A stretch of 64,000 nt of DNA from a virus: IMG/VR virus record IMGVR_UViG_3300017605_000342, positions 1 through 64,000 of that record; one strand, written 5' to 3'. Positions 29,887 to 38,193 of the stretch are shown here, in pieces. The notes below the pieces were generated by a model. The model saw only the letters and a program-made list of their open reading frames with translations, was not told the origin of the DNA and made no database searches. A program made the position numbers and the translations under genes. Position 1 is the first letter of the stretch. Each line of letters begins with the position of its first letter.

Positions 29887-30194
29887 TGTTATACAAAGAC
29901 AAACTAGGACAAGACATTAAAGTCGGTGATTACATAGCGTATGGTGCGGCATTGGGTAGGTGTTCTACGATTCATTTAGGGCGAGTGCTAGAACTTACAC
30001 AAAGTAAAGTAACTGAGTGGCATCACGACAAGCCAACACCTAAGCTAAAAGTACGCGCATGTACCAATCATAGTTGGGATGAAACTAGAGGCATGCAGCT
30101 ACTGTCAAAACCAGTGTCGTTAGGTTTCTTTGAACGTTTGGTTGTGTTGCATCCAGACACCGTACCTCAAAACATTAAGGAACTACTACAATGA
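29886..30194 (+). CDS. hypothetical SH3-like phage protein
   Basis: KDKLGQDIKVGDYIAY. Confidence 0.6.
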   Translation: MLYKDKLGQDIKVGDYIAYGAALGRCSTIHLGRVLELTQSKVTEWHHDKPTPKLKVRACTNHSWDETRGMQLLSKPVSLGFFERLVVLHPDTVPQNIKELLQ

Positions 30195-30596
30195 GCCAAA
30201 GTAAGCGTTTACCACTTGCAGAAGTTAGAGTAGCCTGTGGGCGGTGCTTCTTGTCAGTCGCTGGTATCGCAGTGGCAATGGAAACGGACCCATGCAGGGA
30301 GATATCTATACCGGAAGCATTACTAGAACCTATACCACAACATGAATTGGACAATGCGTACATTGGAGGAAAGGCAGCAAAGGATTTACCAATTGAAGTT
30401 GTTAGGTATTTTCGTGGTGACAGTTGGACTCCCAAGATGCTTGACTACGTGGCTGACAAGATAAATAAGGCGGTGGAGAATGGATTGTAGTTGTATTTTA
30501 GGGCTTATCGGGCCTGTAGGTGGCTTCATTGTGGGTGTTATGTGCCTGTATGGACTATATAGGATCACATGGAAAATAATGTTTGGAGAGTAACGA

Positions 30597-31442
30597 GTGT
30601 ACACCAGAGACGAAGTGTTATTGCACATAGAAAACGTATCTCAAAAATATGAAGATAAAGTTGTTTTAGAAAACTTAAGTATTAAGATACATAATCTACA
30701 TGCAACAGACGCGGCGGTAACTGCCGGACAGGTTGTAGGATTCTTAGGGCCTTCCGGTTGTGGTAAGACACAGTTGTTGCGTATCATATCTGGGCTACAG
30801 CGCCCAACCACTGGAGAAGTATTTATAGATGCAGATAAAAAACGTATGCGTAAAGGTATGTGTGGTGTGGTTTTCCAAACGTACCCACTGTTCTTGCATC
30901 GAACAGTTATGGGAAATTTGTTGCTAGCCGGAAGCATGGCTGGCATGACTCATGCAGAAGCTATGAACACCGCCAATGAACTGCTGGCTACGTTTGAGTT
31001 AGAAGGATCAGCAGAGAAATTTCCAGGTGAGTTGTCTGGCGGTATGCAACAACGTGTTGCTATCTGCCAACAACTTATTAACATGGACAGTAAGCTAGGG
31101 CATACAGATACACGCTTGATGTTGCTGGACGAGCCGTTTGCTGCATTGGACCCGCGCAATACCTTTAAGACGTGCAAACTACTACGTAAGGTCGCTGACA
31201 TGCACGACCTAAACACCATCGTTGTCGTCACACACGACATACGTGCGGCGTTATCAGTTAGTGACGTGCTGTGGATCATGGGCAGAGATAGAGACGAGAA
31301 CGGTAAGGTATGCTCTGGCGGAAAGATAATCCAAGAGTTGGATCTAGTCAACCAAGGGCTAACGTGGCACCCAGAAGTAGAGTCACTACCAGCATTTATA
31401 AAGCTTAACAAAGATATCAACGAACTATTCCACATACTGTGA
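30597..31442 (+). CDS. ABC transporter ATPase (SsuB/TauB-like)
   Basis: GPSGCGKT, VFQ, LSGGMQQRVAI, LLDEPFAALD, VTHD. Confidence 0.95.
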   Translation: MYTRDEVLLHIENVSQKYEDKVVLENLSIKIHNLHATDAAVTAGQVVGFLGPSGCGKTQLLRIISGLQRPTTGEVFIDADKKRMRKGMCGVVFQTYPLFLHRTVMGNLLLAGSMAGMTHAEAMNTANELLATFELEGSAEKFPGELSGGMQQRVAICQQLINMDSKLGHTDTRLMLLDEPFAALDPRNTFKTCKLLRKVADMHDLNTIVVVTHDIRAALSVSDVLWIMGRDRDENGKVCSGGKIIQELDLVNQGLTWHPEVESLPAFIKLNKDINELFHIL

Positions 31443-31449
31443 GGACACT

Positions 31450-31761
31450 ATGAACTTTAATTTGGCAGTAGGTGTAGCACAAAAAGACTCAGGCATCGCG
31501 GCTGCAAAAGCAGCCAGGGTACAGCTTGTTAAGTTGGCGCGTGAGGTTGCCAAAGCCACAGCAGCAGAGAGAGAACTTCGACTCGTCACGATAGACGATG
31601 TATATCGTGTACTTGCCATGAAAGGCCATGACGTTAGCCAGCTAGGAAATGCTGCTGGGTCAGTGTTCAAAGAATCGTGTTGGGAATTTGTCGGATGGAG
31701 GCCATCTGAACGAGTCAGTAACCATGCAAGACCTGTTCGAATCTGGAAATATGCAAACTAA
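31450..31761 (+). CDS. hypothetical protein (possible wHTH)
   Basis: GAGG RBS; VTIDDV..GNAAGSVF..HAR..W. Confidence 0.6.
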   Translation: MNFNLAVGVAQKDSGIAAAKAARVQLVKLAREVAKATAAERELRLVTIDDVYRVLAMKGHDVSQLGNAAGSVFKESCWEFVGWRPSERVSNHARPVRIWKYAN

Positions 31762-32572
31762 TCATTACACTGCTATCGGGGCTGATCACAAAGTTTGTCA
31801 AGACTACGCTGCATCAGGGCTAGTAAACAACGTGGAGTTCGGCCCCACATTCTATGGTATAGTGTGCGATGGATGTTCTTCTGCACCACACACAGAGTTT
31901 GGTGCACAGGTTATCACCCACGCTGCTATCCATCAACTTAAAGTAAATCCATACAAGGTGCCAGAAGACTTCATACGTGAAGTTATGAACCGCGCAAGAA
32001 AAGCTATCGAGCCACTAGATATTAATCCTCGGTGTTTGTTAGCTACGTTACTGCTTGTGCGGGCCGACGACAAAGACACCATCGTGTGGCTGTGGGGTGA
32101 CGGGTTATGCCGCATCTCTTATCAAGGTGGCACAACAGTTACACAAGAAGTGGAGTATGACTCCAACGCTCCGTTTTATCCATACTACAGCACCACTAGA
32201 ACAGAGCGTGATTCTTACCTCAGTTCTTTTGATCTTGTCAAACGAGTGCGCCACTCAGATGTTTACCATGATGGCCGGGAGCGCGGTGGAGAAGAAATAC
32301 TTAAAGGTCCCGAAGCAATGCTGGTATCAGGCTTGTGTGTTAATACAGCAGACATTAAAGCAGTGACGGTAATGTCAGATGGTATCAAGTCGTTTCAAGA
32401 CGTGAATCAGGCTCCTGTGTCACAGCACACGACGATCAACGAAGCAACGATATTCAAAACCACAACCGGACAGTACATTGAACGCAGAATGCACGCCTTC
32501 AAGCAACGCCTCTGTGTGGCTAATGGCTGGACACACTACGACGATCTTGGTATCGCGGGAGTAGCGCAATGA
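31751..32572 (+). CDS. PP2C-like protein phosphatase (TerY-P type)
   Basis: H.VCQD, VCDGCSS, ATLL, GDG, MSDG, DDLG. Confidence 0.88.
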   Translation: MQTNHYTAIGADHKVCQDYAASGLVNNVEFGPTFYGIVCDGCSSAPHTEFGAQVITHAAIHQLKVNPYKVPEDFIREVMNRARKAIEPLDINPRCLLATLLLVRADDKDTIVWLWGDGLCRISYQGGTTVTQEVEYDSNAPFYPYYSTTRTERDSYLSSFDLVKRVRHSDVYHDGRERGGEEILKGPEAMLVSGLCVNTADIKAVTVMSDGIKSFQDVNQAPVSQHTTINEATIFKTTTGQYIERRMHAFKQRLCVANGWTHYDDLGIAGVAQ

Positions 32573-32663
32573 AAGACAGAATCTTTTGGTGGTTAGTTGA
32601 ATACGCACAGATTATATCTTGGATAGTTTTGATTATCACATTGTTTCTTCTGAGATTTTGTCA

Positions 32664-33044
32664 ATGAACGCAATACAAGCAGCAAAGAAAACTAAGGCGG
32701 CAATAGCAAGACAAAAGAAAGAAGAGCGGCTAAAGGAATTGCAGCAAGAAAGAGAATCCAAGAAACGGGTTGCTACGGCCCTAGCACAGCTTGATTGGTA
32801 CATGCGGGAAGTTAATAAGAGAATCAGAGAAGCCATCAATGCGGGTGTACACAAGGCAAACTACGACTTTGGGGATGATGACACTGGTAGAGCACTCATG
32901 CACGCGGTACGAAAAAGATTAGAGAAACGAAAGTTCATCGTTCATACAGGATACTACTCTGAAACACACGACTACGGAGATTTTAACGCGCCATGTGTAG
33001 TAGAGGAATCCGGTTTTAATATGACCATTTCGTGGGGTGCGTAA
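32664..33044 (+). CDS. hypothetical basic protein
   Basis: ORF between the phosphatase and the kinase. Confidence 0.55.
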   Translation: MNAIQAAKKTKAAIARQKKEERLKELQQERESKKRVATALAQLDWYMREVNKRIREAINAGVHKANYDFGDDDTGRALMHAVRKRLEKRKFIVHTGYYSETHDYGDFNAPCVVEESGFNMTISWGA

Positions 33045-33046
33045 GA

Positions 33047-34729
33047 ATGAAGAAGACACTCACAATTGCGGGGCACAACGAGGTAATTACCGACAAGAAT
33101 TATCTCGGTGCCGGCGGGGAGGCTGCGGTGTACACCAGCGCCAATGGGCTGTTGGTATACAAGCTTTACCACGACCCGCAAAAGGCGGTAGCAATCCTTA
33201 ACAAGATTGCAGAGTTAAAAGCAATTCAATCAAAGGACGTTCTGATTCCACGCGATGTTATCTACGAAGGCGGCAGCCCCGTAGGATACTCGATGGATTT
33301 TTTAAGTAAGACAGATCCTTTGTGTAAGTTTTTTACCAAAGCTTTTAAGAATTCTCAAAAGATAACTCCAGATCAAATAAAGGAATTGATAACAAACATA
33401 CAAAAGATCGTACCGCACATCCACAAAGCACGGTGCCTAATTGTGGATTTCAATGAGCTAAATGTGCTGGTAGAAGCTGACAGGATTACACCGCACATTA
33501 TAGACACAGATAGTTTTCAAACACCAAACTATCCTGCCACAGCAATCATGCCGTCGATCAGAGATCCTAAAGCAACGAAGTTCACAGAACTGTCTGACTG
33601 GTTTTCGTGGGGCATCCTAGCCTTTCAAGCTTACATTAACATCCACCCGTACAAGGGCAATCATCCAGACTACACGGCAATGGACTGGCCGCGTAGAATG
33701 CAGGATAATGTCAGTGTCTTTGACAAGAAAGTAACCCTGCCTCCGGTATGTAATCCGCTGTCTGTAATTCCAAAAAACCACCTACATTGGTTTGAGGCGG
33801 TATTCCAGAAAGGTGATAGAAGCGTGCCGCCGTTAGCCGACGCAGTGGCTATCCCTGTACCACAGGCAATACAGATCGTAAAGTCCTCTGGTAAGTTTAT
33901 TGTAGCTCCTGTACAACAGTATGACTCTAAGATACGCTTCCATATAACATATGGTGGGGCAAACTGGGTAGCAACCCAGACAGCTATCTACAAGCCGCGC
34001 AACATAGGTGCTACTGTATCAAACACAGGACGTACTCGGTTGGTCCCTACTCATGACGGTGAACTGGTCGTTGTAGAAGTCAGTGGCGATTACATTGCGT
34101 TCAAGGACGCGGCCATGCATGAGTTCGGCCACACTACGTCTAATGGCGGGCGGTGCTTTGTCAAGAACAACGCACTGTATACCACCATTGCAGGCAAGCT
34201 TATCGAAACTACCTTCATTACTATGGGCAAGAAGATCATACCCCGCACTGTAGACCTTGACAATGTTTCAGAAATATCTTCCAGAATGTGTGAAGGTATT
34301 ATTGTACAGGATCTATTGGGTGAGATTTTTATAACAGTACCATATGTTGTGGGTCGTAGCAAGACCACCAAGCTACCGGAAGTTAAAGGCTACAGGGTCT
34401 TGGAGGCCCGCTCAGAAAGAAACGTTGTTGTTCTTGTTACAGAGAAGGGTGGCGAGTACTGGAGATTTGTTTTAACCTTCGACAACACGTGGGGCGCACA
34501 TACTTTCCGCTTGACAAAAATGCAGCAGTATGGTAGCATTAATATGACGGTGAAACCAAATGGCGTTGGTATCCTTGTCTCTGACCTTGACGAGATCGAA
34601 GTCTTCAAGGAAGACAAGGTTGTGGTTTATAAGAACCCGCCCTTTGATGAATCCATGTGGCTCTTTAATGTCAATGACAATGTTTGTTTTATCTCAGGTA
34701 ATCAAATCTACCAAGTTAAAATAACATGA
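33047..34729 (+). CDS. Ser/Thr protein kinase (TerY-P type) with beta-rich C-terminal region
   Basis: LGAGGEAAVY, VYKLY, IVDFNELNVLV, IDTDS, SDWFS, IHPYKG. Confidence 0.85.
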   Translation: MKKTLTIAGHNEVITDKNYLGAGGEAAVYTSANGLLVYKLYHDPQKAVAILNKIAELKAIQSKDVLIPRDVIYEGGSPVGYSMDFLSKTDPLCKFFTKAFKNSQKITPDQIKELITNIQKIVPHIHKARCLIVDFNELNVLVEADRITPHIIDTDSFQTPNYPATAIMPSIRDPKATKFTELSDWFSWGILAFQAYINIHPYKGNHPDYTAMDWPRRMQDNVSVFDKKVTLPPVCNPLSVIPKNHLHWFEAVFQKGDRSVPPLADAVAIPVPQAIQIVKSSGKFIVAPVQQYDSKIRFHITYGGANWVATQTAIYKPRNIGATVSNTGRTRLVPTHDGELVVVEVSGDYIAFKDAAMHEFGHTTSNGGRCFVKNNALYTTIAGKLIETTFITMGKKIIPRTVDLDNVSEISSRMCEGIIVQDLLGEIFITVPYVVGRSKTTKLPEVKGYRVLEARSERNVVVLVTEKGGEYWRFVLTFDNTWGAHTFRLTKMQQYGSINMTVKPNGVGILVSDLDEIEVFKEDKVVVYKNPPFDESMWLFNVNDNVCFISGNQIYQVKIT

Positions 34730-35279
34730 CCGATAATCAGACACCAGGTAACATCGTAAAGATAACATCTAACAACGTCATTTACTTTACTTGTATTGAT
34801 TGTCACGCGCTTAATAGGACGACGTTTTACCCAGCAGTATTAAAACCGTGTAAGAAGTGTAAACTGAGTAAAGAAACTGTAGTAGTTAAAAACAAAGTTG
34901 CATACTATCAATATCGATGTTCTTACTGTGGTGTGGCTTTCTGTAGTGAACAGCTTAAACGATCCTACTGCTCTAAGCAGTGTTACGCATTTGACAACAG
35001 GAGGAAAATTGATAACATACAATGACAACATCATAGGCACTTGCAGCATTTGCAGTGGACCTGTCACTGTACCTACTGTGTATTGGTCTACAACTCCACC
35101 AGTGCCACAATGTCAGCGTTGTGGTGCTTATGCTCAAGAGTCCTATGGAAAAGTAATACCCATGCGGCCAGCAGGTAAACGCTATCGCCCGGAAGATATA
35201 TTTGGGCCAAGAGATTCCGGCTTCAACGATAATGTGTTTGATGATGGTCACAAGGTTGATATAAAGTGGGGCTAAAACA

Positions 35280-35624
35280 ATGCGAGTCCGTTGGGCAACC
35301 AAGCAGAAAAAGACCCGCAAAGATTTAATGAGACATGCAAAACGTAGAGCCGCATCCCGGTATGATTCCTCGTTTACGAACAATGATATTAACACGATAT
35401 CAACTAGGATTCAACAGGGGTTAGCACTGTACTCGGAACGGATATCTAACACAAGATCGTTACATATCATACAGTACAATGATAAGTACATTCGGGTGGT
35501 GTACGATAAGATGAAAAAAGCACCCGCAACATTTTTACCTATATACGATAAAAGAGATTTACCACATGAACCAAGAAACAGCGTTAACCAAAGTACCACA
35601 GCAATTGCCGACAACGGGAATTGA
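35280..35624 (+). CDS. hypothetical basic protein
   Basis: HAKRRA..RY, VVYDK..ATFLP. Confidence 0.55.
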   Translation: MRVRWATKQKKTRKDLMRHAKRRAASRYDSSFTNNDINTISTRIQQGLALYSERISNTRSLHIIQYNDKYIRVVYDKMKKAPATFLPIYDKRDLPHEPRNSVNQSTTAIADNGN

Positions 35625-36375
35625 AGACTACGCAACAAAGCCTACAGTAATTCAGCTTATCCAGTCTAACCATTTGAACACCTATCCTGACGCAGTTGTG
35701 GGTGCCTTCAGAGACGTGGCTGGCCAACGTAATTTCGTTGACGAAAAGAACAAACCACGACCTATCAGTATTGTACCACTGGCAGGTTTGAAGCAGCGCG
35801 TGTTGTTCCCATCACAAGAATTGGGAGTACCACCGCTATGTAGATCACTTGATGGGGAATATCCCATCATTGGAAAATTGGCCGAGAACTTTGGGTTAGT
35901 ACCGCAGCACACAGACTGCAAGACTTGCCCTAAGAATGACTGGTCAGAATACAACGATAACAAGTCTCCTAAATATCAAGTTGTTCCTCCATGCCGCGAA
36001 CGTCCACGGTTATTGTTCGTTGACTTGGAAGATGAAATGCCATACATTATTACGTTCACGTCTAAATCAATCTCTCCGTTTAGAAAATTGATGCAGACGA
36101 TTCAACGTAACATTACGTCAGAAGCAAACAAAAATAAAAGAAATCCTAATTACACTGCGTATAACCTGTACGACTATGTGATTAGCATGTCGTCACAACC
36201 CTCGGTAAATGCAAAAGGGAAGTTTCATGTTGTGTACTTCGAAGCCCCCGAACGTGTTGCTGAACCAGGTAAGTATTACGAGTTCTTTGAAAAGTATGTC
36301 ATAAAACCTCAGTCTAAATACGGACACAACTTCGTACCACAAGACGCGGGAGTCGAAGGCAAGGGAAATGAGTAA
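35566..36375 (+). CDS. putative ssDNA-binding/annealing replication protein
   Basis: CRSLDG, CKTCP.N.W, PPCR, S.KS, KGKFHV; located at the start of the replication module. Confidence 0.45.
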   Translation: MNQETALTKVPQQLPTTGIEDYATKPTVIQLIQSNHLNTYPDAVVGAFRDVAGQRNFVDEKNKPRPISIVPLAGLKQRVLFPSQELGVPPLCRSLDGEYPIIGKLAENFGLVPQHTDCKTCPKNDWSEYNDNKSPKYQVVPPCRERPRLLFVDLEDEMPYIITFTSKSISPFRKLMQTIQRNITSEANKNKRNPNYTAYNLYDYVISMSSQPSVNAKGKFHVVYFEAPERVAEPGKYYEFFEKYVIKPQSKYGHNFVPQDAGVEGKGNE

Positions 36376-36979
36376 CGAGCTAATTGTATATGGTAGTGTA
36401 ACAGCAGACCGACCTGCCCAAGTCCTTGAACGGATTGGGCAGGTTAAGAAAAAGTTTGTTGAGTACTTCTTGGAGCTATGCTTTCTACTTGGAGAAATAG
36501 TAGAGAACAAATACTATGAAGTATGGAAGTTCAACAGCTTTAAAGAGTATGTAGAAAACAGTGGGTTAGACATTCAGGTAGGAGCAGCATACCGGATGGT
36601 TAAGCTCTACGAAGGCGCAAAGAAACTAGGACTCACACATGAGCAACTAGCCGTCGCCAAACCCACGAAGCTGCTGGAAATTTTTTCTCTAGACCCTGTA
36701 CAGAATGAGCAAGCCATTCGAGGTCTGCTCGAAGAAGGCGATACGAACTCTGTTGAAGATGTTCGTAACAAAGTCAAAGCAGAGAAAGGGTTGTCGGAAG
36801 ATGTTTTCCTGAAGTTCAAAGTAGAAAAAGAAGTTCACGAAGATATCATCCTACCCGCACTGGAACGTTGCCGACAAATACACGGATCTGACAGGGACAA
36901 ACATGGAGAAGTCTACGACATATCAGATTCAAAATGTTTGATGCTGATATGCATGGACTTTTTGGGGTCATCTGAATGA
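36368..36979 (+). CDS. hypothetical protein
   Basis: 203 aa; FNSFKEYV helical motif. Confidence 0.6.
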   Translation: MSNELIVYGSVTADRPAQVLERIGQVKKKFVEYFLELCFLLGEIVENKYYEVWKFNSFKEYVENSGLDIQVGAAYRMVKLYEGAKKLGLTHEQLAVAKPTKLLEIFSLDPVQNEQAIRGLLEEGDTNSVEDVRNKVKAEKGLSEDVFLKFKVEKEVHEDIILPALERCRQIHGSDRDKHGEVYDISDSKCLMLICMDFLGSSE

Positions 36980-37203
36980 TAGAAGCAGAAGTTGAACTGA
37001 TCAGAGAATCAAAAAGATTTTGGTCTTTCAGAATCAGGTATCCATCTAAGGATGCCAACAGAACTTGTTTACACTTCGGGCCTATCCGCTATACGAAGCG
37101 AAAGGCCACCAGAGAAGCAGCAATAGAATTTCTAGTTTACCTGTTTCCGAAAGACGAAATTCATATTACGGTTACGGAACTCAAAGTCATTAAGCACCAA
37201 TAG
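36976..37203 (+). CDS. hypothetical protein (stop codon inside tRNA-Thr)
   Basis: ATGA-coupled; TAG is tRNA positions 8-10. Confidence 0.55.
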   Translation: MIEAEVELIRESKRFWSFRIRYPSKDANRTCLHFGPIRYTKRKATREAAIEFLVYLFPKDEIHITVTELKVIKHQ

Positions 37204-37268
37204 CTCAACTGGCAGAGCGGCGGATTTGTAACCCGCTGACCGGGGTTCAAGTCCTCGTTGGTGCTCCA
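37194..37268 (+). tRNA. tRNA-Thr(TGT)
   Basis: GCACCAA/TTGGTGC, loop TTTGTAA, CCA. Confidence 0.9.
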
Positions 37269-37503
37269 CTCAACCATGACACCTGAAGAAAGACTACTTC
37301 AAACTATAACAAAGTTACAGTCACAGGTTTACGAAGACCAAGAAGAGATTAAGCAACTCTGTATAACAGCTATAAAAGAATATGGTAGTATGAAAAATAG
37401 TGAAGGCCACATGGAGGCCCATCTGCCGGATGGCATGTGGCACATGGACTAGGGAGATGCTAAAATACAACCTGTAAAGCTATCTAAAGAACAATACCGA
37501 AAG

Positions 37504-37758
37504 TTGGCTTTAAGGATTATACTGCGAGACGGCAGTAAGTGCCGCAAGTGTGGCATACGTCAAGGATTAACTGTTCATCATATCATCAAGCGTAGCAAAC
37601 TGCGCTTGGACGTTGCTTGGAACTTGATCACGTTGTGTCAGTTTCCATGCCACGCTGCTGTTGAAGATCACACACTCGTCATAGAACAGGACAACCACCT
37701 GAAATTCGAGGATGAAATCGACGCCAATAACCACGTAAGTTTCGTGAGGATTCCATGA
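37504..37758 (+). CDS. HNH endonuclease (start uncertain)
   Basis: RD..CRKC..VHHI..NLITLC..CH. Confidence 0.7.
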   Translation: MALRIILRDGSKCRKCGIRQGLTVHHIIKRSKLRLDVAWNLITLCQFPCHAAVEDHTLVIEQDNHLKFEDEIDANNHVSFVRIP

Positions 37759-38193
37759 AACCGCAATGTATGGGGTGCAAGCGTTTCCCCGATCAGATTT
37801 CTGAATACACAGACATGGTACTAGCGGGCGAAGCTGCCACTGCCGATGAATATGTTATGCAAGAGGAAGGTACGTACAACAAAGCCAACGGTCATTTCTT
37901 ATGCACGGCATGTTACGTTAAGGCAGGAATGCCATCCTCACCTAGAGGGTGGGTTTGTCCGTGATAAAGTTAACTGGACAGGACGCAAGTTTTTTGTCGC
38001 ACATTGCGGAGATAATGGTTTCTACCAAACTAACTTCCCGCAAACAAACTAAATACGCAAAGACATTTATGTCTTTGATAGTAGAAGAAGAAGCAAAACT
38101 AATTGCAGCCGCCATAATAAAACCAACCAAAAAGATGTTACCTAGACATCTTGATACGGCGGAAAAAATACTACACTGGGCAAAAACTAATTA

